Below are positions 19,869 to 27,827 of a stretch of 56,260 nucleotides of DNA, one piece after another; the stretch's first letter is position 1; each line of letters begins with the position of its first letter. The stretch comes from an uncultured virus (IMG/VR IMGVR_UViG_3300006114_000006). Lineage: Duplodnaviria > Heunggongvirae > Uroviricota > Caudoviricetes. A model generated the notes under the pieces. It searched no databases. It saw nothing but the letters and a program-made list of their open reading frames with translations, and was not told the DNA's origin. The stretch lies in the IMG/VR virus record IMGVR_UViG_3300006114_000006, one strand, 5' to 3'. A program made the position numbers and the translations under genes.

Positions 19869-21119
19869 TTATAGTAAAATACTTAGCAGTACTGCTCGGT
19901 TTCTACTAATTAATTCGTCTGCGGTTTGTACGGTAGAATTGACCAAATACAATCCAGTTCTTCCTGGGCCAATTGTAGTACTAGAATATAATTTTGTACC
20001 ACCACTAGTATAAGTAGGAGTGCTTGCTTGGTTGTCCAACTGAGCAACTGCATTAATTTCTACAGGATAAGTTGAACTTTGTGTTGTTAAAATTAAATTA
20101 GCATTGGTAGAGTTTGAAATAGTATTAGGATTAGCTGTTGATCCAACTGATAAATTTCCTAAAACAGCACCTGTACTGTTAATAGTAACGACTGTGCTAC
20201 CAGCTATCTGGAATAAAAGACCTGAGCTGGTCGCTTGAATAGCACTATTGGCTGAACCAATAGCAACGCCGACTGGCTGTTGGATTGTTTGAACTGTAGC
20301 AGTACCTGGTGTACTTGAACCTAATGTATAGTTAGATGCGATATAAGTTTGTACCCATTGCACGTTTGGAATATCGTCACCACTTAACACACGTTGATAA
20401 TATGGAACTCCTGCGGCTGTTGTACTATTAGCCAAACGCAAAGTAGGAGCTCCTCTTTGCATGTCAATGATTAAAGTATTATTTCCGTCACTTGTGATTG
20501 TTCTTAATTCTAATCCGCTCAAAGATCCGTCAGCAGTTTGTAATTTAAATGTACCACCTTTGTTTAAAGTGATAGTACCTAATGTTGTAATAGTTCCAGT
20601 CACAGCACTGGCAAATGTAACAGAACTAGTAGTACATGCTGTTACTGTATATGTTCCGTTATATGTTGAAGGTGTAAACCCTGCAACTACAATGGTAGAT
20701 CCAGTACTTCCGTTTGAAGCCACTGGAAATGGTACAGAACTCTGTGTTGAAAAATTAAATGTTACTGCTGATCCTGTTGCAGTATAACTTGTTGCAGTTA
20801 TAGCAGTTGTTGGATCATAATGTCTTACTGATTCATCAAATAATAATTCTGCCGCTTGTGCAACACCCCTATCTATTTGTAATCCAGATTGATAACTTAA
20901 TGCACTAGGAATTCCGTTAGTAGTTAGTCCTGCATTGATTTGTAATACGTTTACTTCAACGTTTAAAGTACTCGAATTAATTGTAGTAGTTGTACCATTA
21001 ACAACAAGATTGCCAGTGACTGTTACTTGACCAGAACTAGTAGGGTCAAGAATAATTGTCCCACCATTTTGAACTAATACGTGGTAATCGCCTTGGTTTG
21101 TTTTTACAACTCTTGTCAT
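19869..21119 (-). CDS. Virion structural/fibre protein (416 aa)
   Basis: VTVTGNLVVNGTTTTINS...SGLQIDRG fibre-shaft-like motif; C-terminal TGLYLVN...DELISRNRAVLLSILL. Confidence 0.7.
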   Translation of the reverse strand: MTRVVKTNQGDYHVLVQNGGTIILDPTSSGQVTVTGNLVVNGTTTTINSSTLNVEVNVLQINAGLTTNGIPSALSYQSGLQIDRGVAQAAELLFDESVRHYDPTTAITATSYTATGSAVTFNFSTQSSVPFPVASNGSTGSTIVVAGFTPSTYNGTYTVTACTTSSVTFASAVTGTITTLGTITLNKGGTFKLQTADGSLSGLELRTITSDGNNTLIIDMQRGAPTLRLANSTTAAGVPYYQRVLSGDDIPNVQWVQTYIASNYTLGSSTPGTATVQTIQQPVGVAIGSANSAIQATSSGLLFQIAGSTVVTINSTGAVLGNLSVGSTANPNTISNSTNANLILTTQSSTYPVEINAVAQLDNQASTPTYTSGGTKLYSSTTIGPGRTGLYLVNSTVQTADELISRNRAVLLSILL

Positions 21120-21132
21120 TTAGAATCCTAAT

Positions 21133-21150
21133 TGGGGACCGAAGTCCCCA
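21133..21150 (-). terminator. cUUCGg hairpin after the 503-aa gene (weak terminator or mRNA 3' stabiliser)
   Basis: TGGGGAC-TTCG-GTCCCCA on the minus strand; no U-tract follows. Confidence 0.5.
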
Positions 21151-21159
21151 TTGAGTTTA

Positions 21160-22671
21160 TTAAGCGTTATCTAGTGTTACTGAAACGTTAGCGGTCGGAG
21201 TTGTTAAATTCCATTGTGCCGCTTGTCCAGTAGTAAACTGTGTACCTGAAATTGGAGTTAAGTATGCCTTACGGTTTGTTAACTTAGATACAGCATAGAT
21301 ACCACCAGCACTGTCAGTAGCAATGATTGCCATTTGACCTGAAGTCAAACTGCTTTCAGCAACTGCTGTTAGCCTGCACAATGTACCTGGGAATGTACCA
21401 CCTTGTTGGATAACACGGAATGTACGTGAACCTTCTTGTTTGATGATGTCACAATCGGTATACAATGTTCCGCCAATGTTGGCGTTAGCAATAATCTGCT
21501 CGTAACGTCCTGTGTAACCACTTGTTACTTGAGCGGCTAATGTAGCTGTAGCTGTAGCTGAACCAGAACTTAATGTTACAACTGGAGTGTAACCAGCGAT
21601 TGTTACAGAATCACTTACAGTATAAGTGAATGTCAAACCAGTTGATGTTGAACCACCAACTGTTACAGTACCTGTACCGGCAAGAGCACCTGCTAGTGAT
21701 GTACTTAATGTAACTGCTGTAGTTGTTGGAGCAACTGCTGAGCTAACATAATATGTTGTACCGCTTGTTACACCTGTTAAGTTACCACTTAGTGTACCTG
21801 TTACTGCAATCGCTGTTCCTACTGGAAGAGCTGTTGTAGTTGCTGTATATGTTAACTGACCGGCTGTTTGGCTAACTGCGGCCAATGCGGCACTGTTAGG
21901 TTGTGATGTTGTTGATGCGGCTGTACCAACACCTGCGCCAGTAACTGAAGTACTTACTGTAACTACTTTAGTTGCTGTGTTAGCAGTTTTGATATAGTAA
22001 GCTGTACTACCTGTTAACCCACCGATTGATTGGCTTGGTGTAAATTTCATACCAACAATCATTTCATCAATCGAACTAACTGTAATGTTACCACTACCGT
22101 CAGTTGCTGTGATGCTCATAGTCTTAGTATCTGCAGAATCTAAATAACCATCACCACCGTTGTTAGTTAATGAATAACTTGTAATTGTGAATGATGTTAG
22201 TGTGAATGTAGCGGCCGATGTAAATGTACTACCAACTGCCGTTAAAGCTGTTGCACCTGATGTTGCGCCAGTCCATGTACCGCCAGAAGTTACTGAGTTA
22301 ACTGTTGTAATAACGCCAGAACCGTTTGTTGTAACGTTCAATACTGCTGTACCACCGCCTTGAGCACTTGTACCAGTTACTGAAACTGTAAATGTACTTG
22401 ATGCTGGATAACCTGTACCACCACTTGTTATGCTTGCGGCTGCGGCTGTTAAAACTGCAACTGCCGTAGCTTGTACACCGTTAGCAAGTTGTGGACCAAA
22501 GATTGATAAACTTGGAGCACCAGATGTATAACCTGTTAGTGTACCGCCTGTTGCAAGACTTGCAATATTTGAACCACCAATGCCGGCATCAACTGCGGCA
22601 GAGCGGCTATATGTACCTGATGCTGACGCATTACGTGAGCCAAAGTACTTTTTATTAAGAGGACGTCCCAT
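21160..22671 (-). CDS. Virion structural protein (503 aa, MGRPLNKKYFG N-terminus), probably highly expressed
   Basis: Strong TAAGGAG RBS, own TAAATA promoter and downstream hairpin; Thr/Ala/Gly-rich core with ..GG.GY and T.YY repeats; C-terminal IIKQEGSRTFRV...VSKLTNRKA domain. Confidence 0.75.
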   Translation of the reverse strand: MGRPLNKKYFGSRNASASGTYSRSAAVDAGIGGSNIASLATGGTLTGYTSGAPSLSIFGPQLANGVQATAVAVLTAAAASITSGGTGYPASSTFTVSVTGTSAQGGGTAVLNVTTNGSGVITTVNSVTSGGTWTGATSGATALTAVGSTFTSAATFTLTSFTITSYSLTNNGGDGYLDSADTKTMSITATDGSGNITVSSIDEMIVGMKFTPSQSIGGLTGSTAYYIKTANTATKVVTVSTSVTGAGVGTAASTTSQPNSAALAAVSQTAGQLTYTATTTALPVGTAIAVTGTLSGNLTGVTSGTTYYVSSAVAPTTTAVTLSTSLAGALAGTGTVTVGGSTSTGLTFTYTVSDSVTIAGYTPVVTLSSGSATATATLAAQVTSGYTGRYEQIIANANIGGTLYTDCDIIKQEGSRTFRVIQQGGTFPGTLCRLTAVAESSLTSGQMAIIATDSAGGIYAVSKLTNRKAYLTPISGTQFTTGQAAQWNLTTPTANVSVTLDNA

Positions 22672-22689
22672 TTTGTTTTCTCCTTATGA

Positions 22690-22761
22690 AAAACACGGCG
22701 TTCTAGGCCGTACGCAGTTGGATTTCTGCATAAAACTCACCCCATGTGAGTTGTTACTATG
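22690..22761 (-). ncRNA. Candidate three-hairpin 5' leader RNA
   Basis: Back-to-back stems at 22734-22752, 22711-22732 (U-G pair possible only on the minus strand) and 22695-22711, between TAAATA and the RBS. Confidence 0.55.
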
Positions 22762-22767
22762 TATTTA
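22762..22767 (-). promoter_or_regulatory. Late promoter core TAAATA
   Basis: CATAAATA overlapping the stop codon of the upstream gene. Confidence 0.6.
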
Positions 22768-23352
22768 TGCGTAGGTAACTCTTACACCTATTTGATCTAT
22801 ATAAGCTGTGTCTCTGTGAGGGTATATACTGTTGCTTTTAAAACTAATTACAACTCCAAATGTAGGATCACTAATGTTGGCCGCTGTAAGCCCAGTTGTA
22901 CCCCATAAATCTGCAGGACCGCCATATATATTAAAATCACCCACAGGTACTAGCGGAATATCGTTAGGACCTCCACCTGTATACATATTACTTTGTACAG
23001 GATTAATTAAACTGGCATAATTATTTCCAATAAGATTACCTCCCAGTGTTAATTGTATTACTAAATCTTCAATTCGTCCTGCACGTAAAAGATTTAATTT
23101 AAATTCTATACCCTGTACTGCGGTTGCCTTCAATGGAATTTTTAAATTAGTCAGCCACAGTTGACTTGTATTACTAAGAAACTTTTCCATCCACATACCA
23201 CTAATGGTATACAACGGTTGTTTGCTTGTTGCATAATTATTTTCTGATATAATCTTATTAAACTGCCAATCAATACTAGGAGTATTAATGATTTCATTTA
23301 ATACATTAACATTTGTAACTGTTTGCGGATTATAAAATTGTGTGGTAGTCAT
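22765..23352 (-). CDS. Hypothetical protein (~195 aa) next to the major capsid gene; possible capsid decoration protein
   Basis: The ORF-track start (23460) overlaps gp23 and crosses its terminator. The likely start is ATG 23352 or 23355 (MTTTQFYNP), just after TAAATA. Contains YGGPADLWG...DPTFGVVISF...AYIDQIGVRVTY, which looks beta-sandwich-like. Confidence 0.65.
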   Translation of the reverse strand: MTTTQFYNPQTVTNVNVLNEIINTPSIDWQFNKIISENNYATSKQPLYTISGMWMEKFLSNTSQLWLTNLKIPLKATAVQGIEFKLNLLRAGRIEDLVIQLTLGGNLIGNNYASLINPVQSNMYTGGGPNDIPLVPVGDFNIYGGPADLWGTTGLTAANISDPTFGVVISFKSNSIYPHRDTAYIDQIGVRVTYA

Positions 23353-23356
23353 CATA

Positions 23357-23362
23357 TATTTA
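23357..23362 (-). promoter_or_regulatory. Late promoter core TAAATA (leaderless arrangement)
   Basis: GGTAAATA-TATG-ATG directly after the gp23 terminator; no SD sequence. Confidence 0.55.
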
Positions 23363-23365
23363 CCG

Positions 23366-23395
23366 AAAAAAAAAGTCCACCGAAGTGGACTTTTT
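23366..23395 (-). terminator. Rho-independent terminator after the major capsid gene
   Basis: AAAAAGTCCAC-TTCG-GTGGAC followed by T9 on the minus strand. Confidence 0.9.
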
Positions 23396-23425
23396 AATTT
23401 ACTAATTAACCTCTTGGTTATCAGA

Positions 23426-24601
23426 TTAGCTGAACTTAACGTTAGCGGCAGTGATAGCAACTAGACCTAAATAGTCAGCGGCGTTACCTAGAGATGATGC
23501 AGTGTTTGACAACTCAACATAACCATAACGTGTCATGAATGAAACGACTGGTTCGAATGTTGATGGGTCAAGAACAACACCAGAACTCATTAAAGGAATA
23601 TATGGGCAATAGAATGCAGGAGCATCTGATTCACTTGCACCTTTGTATCCGATAAGGATTGGTGTAGCATCTTGTGCGTAGCTGTTAACATACACTTTCA
23701 TTGCATTGTTTAATGTACCAACAAACTTAGTGTTTGTAGGTGCTTCAAATGTACCTTCTGTTGTACGAGCAAAAGCTGAAGTAGTAGCAGATTGTAGAAT
23801 TGTTAATGCAAATGGGCTTACAACAGCATAATTACCAGCGCCACGACGTGTTCTTTGAGCGATCAAGTTGCTTACGCGATTGATCTGAACAGCTAGAGCG
23901 GCATGCTCGTCACCTACGAATGTTGCAGTACCAGAAACTTGTGACTGGTCAAAAGTTTGTGTTGCAGTACCAGCTAAAGAAATCAATGAAGAAATAATTT
24001 CTTGGTCGATTTCAGCTGTAATTTCTTGTGCTAAAGCAGCCATTACTTCTGCTTCAACGTCGATACCTTGTTGTGCTTGAGCATCTTGTGCTGACTCAAA
24101 TGTCCAACGAGCTGATAGCTTGCGTGTTTTTGCTTCAACAGTTTGCTTCAAGATTTGAATACTTAAACGGTTACCAGCAACACCTTCTAAAGTAGCTGTT
24201 GAAGCTGCCTTAGCAAAAGCGTCGTTAGCGTTACCAGAATAAGCACTAGCAATCTTGAATGGGCTCAATGCCTCTTCACCAGCTAGTACGTTAGCACCAG
24301 TTGATGTATCACTATAACGCACACGCAATGTGTGGATCTGTCCTACTGGACCAGTCATTGGTTGTACACCTACTAATTCGTTAGCAATAACGGTAGGCAT
24401 AACGCGGCGGATTACTGGAAGAATCACGCGATTTAAAGTTGCAACGTTACCAGCAGAAGTGGCACCAGCAGTTGGAGATTCCATCAAATACTTGCGAGTA
24501 TTCTCTAGGGTTACACCCATTACTGATTTTTTTGTGCCTTGTAAGCCTTCTAATAGGGCTTCCTTAGTTTCTGCCCAACGTCCTGTTAATAGTTCTGACA
24601 T
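23426..24601 (-). CDS. gp23: Major capsid protein, T4 gp23-like
   Basis: PVIRRVMPTVIANELVGVQPMTGPVGQIHTLR, VEAKTRKLSARWTFESAQD, EITAEIDQEI, FYCPYIPL, FMTRYG: hallmark gp23 motifs. Confidence 0.97.
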   Translation of the reverse strand: MSELLTGRWAETKEALLEGLQGTKKSVMGVTLENTRKYLMESPTAGATSAGNVATLNRVILPVIRRVMPTVIANELVGVQPMTGPVGQIHTLRVRYSDTSTGANVLAGEEALSPFKIASAYSGNANDAFAKAASTATLEGVAGNRLSIQILKQTVEAKTRKLSARWTFESAQDAQAQQGIDVEAEVMAALAQEITAEIDQEIISSLISLAGTATQTFDQSQVSGTATFVGDEHAALAVQINRVSNLIAQRTRRGAGNYAVVSPFALTILQSATTSAFARTTEGTFEAPTNTKFVGTLNNAMKVYVNSYAQDATPILIGYKGASESDAPAFYCPYIPLMSSGVVLDPSTFEPVVSFMTRYGYVELSNTASSLGNAADYLGLVAITAANVKFS

Positions 24602-24613
24602 TTAAATTTCTCC

Positions 24614-25726
24614 TTAAAATTTTAGTCCAGCAAGTCTACGAATGTCAACAATATTGCTACTGTCACCATCTAACCCACTGCTATTTTGGTTGTTGGAAAT
24701 CTTATTTCCGGTTATTTCTTTAGCCTCTACTAGTGCCTGTTTCTTCTGCGGAGTCTTGCTAACATTACCATTGATAACGCTTGGCAAGTACTTTTCAAAA
24801 CTTTCGTTTAGACGTTCTGTTTTCACAGACTCCATCAACTCGCTCATGATTTGCTTTTGCTCACTGTTAAGTGGCGCCAACAATTCACTCATGATTTCTT
24901 TTCTTTCTTTAGCTTCTTTCAAAGCACGGATCTCTGCATCTTTACTTTCTAGGATTTGCTCAGCTTGTACGACTGCCTTAGCGGCCTCTTGCATAGCTTG
25001 ATCTTTCAGGTCTATAACCTTGAGTAATTTAGATGTTTCCGATTTTTCATTTAGGTAAGACGCTTGATATTCGTGAGCAAAAGCTTCAAATAACTTGCGA
25101 CCAAAATCTGCACGACGAGCTGTTTCGATGTCTTCTTTTAATGATGTAATTTCAGAACGTAGTCCTTCGCTTACAACACCTTGAACCATCTTAGCGGCAC
25201 GAGTTACAAATTGCTCTTTTACCTTCTTGATTTCTTGTCGACCTTCACGGATTAAGCGAACTTTAGTTTCTGCTAAATCCTTCTTGTCTTGACCAAACTC
25301 TGTAATTTCTTGAGCTAGAGCCTCAACTACAAATTGTTCTAACACGCCAAACTTATTTGCCATTCTTACTTGATCTTCATGAAGTTCACGAACTTCTTGA
25401 GCTAGTTGACGAGTAACAAATTCCTTCATCATCTCGGCATCTTTCTTCATCTTCTTAGCATACTTGACTTTCATCTCAGCTAATTGATTGCGATCATCGG
25501 CAAATTCTACGATTTCAACAGCTAGTTGATCAGTGATCATACGATCAATTGCTTCAACCATTGTTGCTTTATCGTGTTCATATTTTTGTGCAAACTCTTC
25601 ACGTAATTGTTGAGCGGCTGTTTCCTTAGCTTCGTTAACCTTAGCTTCAAACGCCTTCTCAATTGACTCTTTAATCTCTACAGAAATCACATTGTTTTCA
25701 AATAAACTTTTTAGTGCATCCAACAT
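24614..25726 (-). CDS. gp22: Prohead core scaffold protein, gp22-like
   Basis: Glu/Lys-rich coiled coil located between the protease and major capsid genes. Confidence 0.85.
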   Translation of the reverse strand: MLDALKSLFENNVISVEIKESIEKAFEAKVNEAKETAAQQLREEFAQKYEHDKATMVEAIDRMITDQLAVEIVEFADDRNQLAEMKVKYAKKMKKDAEMMKEFVTRQLAQEVRELHEDQVRMANKFGVLEQFVVEALAQEITEFGQDKKDLAETKVRLIREGRQEIKKVKEQFVTRAAKMVQGVVSEGLRSEITSLKEDIETARRADFGRKLFEAFAHEYQASYLNEKSETSKLLKVIDLKDQAMQEAAKAVVQAEQILESKDAEIRALKEAKERKEIMSELLAPLNSEQKQIMSELMESVKTERLNESFEKYLPSVINGNVSKTPQKKQALVEAKEITGNKISNNQNSSGLDGDSSNIVDIRRLAGLKF

Positions 25727-25739
25727 ATGATTCTCCTTG

Positions 25740-26369
25740 TTATTGGAGTCTGCTTATTATCGCTAATAAGCTCTCTTTGAGATATTTCTGTGCCTTAGGA
25801 TCCCCTTTCACCTCTTCCGCTATACGCAAGGCACTTAGACCACCGCGATTATTCATCAGGTGTTCATAAATTGGTGTGGGATATGCTCCAGGAGCACTAG
25901 GTTGAGCTACCATATCTACTGTGATAATCTCAAAATCTGATACTTCACCGGATCCGTCATCTTTGACGTTTCCGGATCCGCGACTTGAAACACCTAACTT
26001 GACTCCGCTTTCTAGCATCGTCTTGATTAGTTGTCCCATTGGTGTTGGAAGTATTTTCAACTTCCCGTAACCATTAGGACCGTCCATCCACATATTAACT
26101 ATCATGTGTGACACACGGTCCAGGTTAATTTTTAGATCATCTGGATGATCCACTTCTCCGAGAACTGAATAACCGTTTTGAATCTGATCGTTAAGGGTCT
26201 TAACAGCCTTGCCAATCTCATTAACAGGGTAAACACGCTGGTTGGCGTTTTTAATACCGCCCTGGATGCAAATCCCGGACATGTACAAGTTTTTCCCATC
26301 TTTGTCATCAGATTCAACGATCATTTTTGCTTCGTTGAAACTGAGATTCTCTCGGAGGTATAAAGACAT
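25740..26369 (-). CDS. gp21: Prohead core protease, gp21-like
   Basis: GICIQGGIKNANQRVYP, GEVDHP, DRVSH, LGVSSRGSG, DMVAQPSAPGAY. Confidence 0.96.
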   Translation of the reverse strand: MSLYLRENLSFNEAKMIVESDDKDGKNLYMSGICIQGGIKNANQRVYPVNEIGKAVKTLNDQIQNGYSVLGEVDHPDDLKINLDRVSHMIVNMWMDGPNGYGKLKILPTPMGQLIKTMLESGVKLGVSSRGSGNVKDDGSGEVSDFEIITVDMVAQPSAPGAYPTPIYEHLMNNRGGLSALRIAEEVKGDPKAQKYLKESLLAIISRLQ

Positions 26370-26390
26370 ACTTTTAATAGTCTCTTTTAA

Positions 26391-27458
26391 TTATTTACGA
26401 GCACGTAAAACGCTTTGTGTGTTGCTTTCGCCACGGCCATTAGAATCTTTAGCACCTACTTCTTTACCTTGTGCTTTTTTCTGATTGCCATTGCTGTCTA
26501 CACCACCATAACCATTTTGACGATCACGGAACGCTTTCTTACCAGCATCGCCACCTGGACGGTTCATTGTATCACCGATTAATGGTTTTGGATTGCTTGG
26601 ATCAGCTAAACCACCTTTGGTTCCGCCGGCTCTTGTACCAGCATCACCTTTTACTTCTACGTGATTCTGTGCAATGTTTTCTGAAGTGCCGCCCATGTTG
26701 TTTACCATGTGTCCGTCGATTGAACTTTTCTTGTTCATGTTACTTGTAACTGAACCAGCTTGAGCACCAACGTGTGCGCCTTCTGTTGAACCAGCAATGT
26801 TTTTGCCTGATTCGTATGGAGCACCGATCTTGTTAACGTATTCCATGATGTGAGCTAGTTCATCTAAACCGCCCATTTCATGATCATCGTCACTACCCAT
26901 GTCACCACCCATCTCAGCACCTAAATCGTGCATTGGAGCGCCATCACCATGGATACCTGGCTCGTTTTCTTCTTCGTGTTCTTCACCAGCCAATAGCTGT
27001 TCAAATTCTGCTTTTAGATCTTCTAATGCATCTTCTAGATCCATTACGCGATCTTCCATGTCGCCTGCATCTTGATCGATAGCTTCTGCGTCATCTTCTG
27101 CGTCATCCATATCATCTTCTGCGTCATCTTCTGCATCATCGCTGTCATCTTCTGCATCATCGCTATCATCTTCTGCATCATCTTCTGCATCATCGCCGCC
27201 GAATGGGTTTTCTTCTTTGTCTTCCCCGTCATCTTCGGAGCTTTCTTCTTCCATATCCTTTTCTTCCATCTCTTCTGTGTATGGATTTCCGGAATCTTTT
27301 TTGTTTGTACCAGCAATACCAAAGTCTTCTGCTAGTAGTTCTTCGTAGATTTCACGGCTTTTGCCTACTACGATATTATGAAATATTTCTTTTGCCGCTT
27401 GTTGGTCGTCATTGATTAACGCTTCAAGCATGGCTTCAAATTGAGCACGGTCAGTCAT
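26391..27458 (-). CDS. Highly acidic prohead core-like protein (355 aa)
   Basis: Located between portal and protease, where T4 has gp67/gp68; D/E-rich low-complexity N half, EDRVMDLEDALEDLKAEFEQLL coil, Gly/Lys-rich disordered C half; AGGAG RBS. Confidence 0.7.
   Translation of the reverse strand: MTDRAQFEAMLEALINDDQQAAKEIFHNIVVGKSREIYEELLAEDFGIAGTNKKDSGNPYTEEMEEKDMEEESSEDDGEDKEENPFGGDDAEDDAEDDSDDAEDDSDDAEDDAEDDMDDAEDDAEAIDQDAGDMEDRVMDLEDALEDLKAEFEQLLAGEEHEEENEPGIHGDGAPMHDLGAEMGGDMGSDDDHEMGGLDELAHIMEYVNKIGAPYESGKNIAGSTEGAHVGAQAGSVTSNMNKKSSIDGHMVNNMGGTSENIAQNHVEVKGDAGTRAGGTKGGLADPSNPKPLIGDTMNRPGGDAGKKAFRDRQNGYGGVDSNGNQKKAQGKEVGAKDSNGRGESNTQSVLRARK
27083..27195 (-). repeat. Coding tandem repeat (GATGA[T/C]GCAGAA-based 12/21-nt units; DDAEDD[S/M])
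   Basis: Encodes DDAEDDAEDDSDDAEDDSDDAEDDAEDDMDDAEDDAE. Confidence 0.9.
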
Positions 27459-27497
27459 GTTAAATTCTCCTGTTGTTATAGATACAAGGCTGTGTAA

Positions 27498-27503
27498 TAT
27501 TTA
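27498..27503 (-). promoter_or_regulatory. Late promoter core TAAATA for the core/protease/scaffold/capsid operon
   Basis: GTAAATA 40 nt upstream of ATG 27458. Confidence 0.6.
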
Positions 27504-27566
27504 CACCTATGTTAAAAAAACGGGGTGATATAGGCAAAAAACAGTCAAATTTTGACAGTTTTATTA

Positions 27567-27815
27567 TTATTGAGGTGCACCAGCTTCAGGAGCGGGCATT
27601 GCATACATGGCATGTATAAATTCTAGTTCTTTTTCTTGTTCTAGAATGTGTGCTTCTGTGCTTTTGCGTAATTCGTTGATTTGTCTAAGAGTTAAACGTG
27701 TCTTACGTGTATCGTCTCTATGTAATTGAGTATCGTCACGATGGGGCTCGTAGCGTAAGTCGTTAGCTACATTACGAGTGCTTGGATCAATATAAAACAA
27801 TTCACGTAGGATCAT
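27567..27815 (-). CDS. Hypothetical head-module protein (82 aa)
   Basis: Downstream of portal; DTRKTRLTLRQINELRK basic helix; TATAAATA immediately upstream. Confidence 0.75.
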   Translation of the reverse strand: MILRELFYIDPSTRNVANDLRYEPHRDDTQLHRDDTRKTRLTLRQINELRKSTEAHILEQEKELEFIHAMYAMPAPEAGAPQ

Positions 27816-27819
27816 ACTA

Positions 27820-27827
27820 TATTTATA
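27820..27827 (-). promoter_or_regulatory. Late promoter, full T4 consensus TATAAATA (leaderless arrangement)
   Basis: TATAAATA-TAGT-ATG; no SD sequence. Confidence 0.65.

Noticed and set aside
1..22671. Diversity-generating retroelement or invertible cassette acting on the fibre genes
   Set aside because: No reverse transcriptase or recombinase in the window, and I saw no TR/VR pair differing only at adenines or flanking inverted repeats. A remote element outside the window cannot be excluded.
23353..23460. N-terminal extension of the 231-aa ORF in the ORF track
   Set aside because: Overlaps the gp23 3' end and crosses its terminator; the real start is probably 23352 or 23355.
27083..27195. 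Possible CRISPR-like or non-coding repeat array
   Set aside because: Contiguous in-frame coding repeat with no unique spacers; no cas genes in the window.
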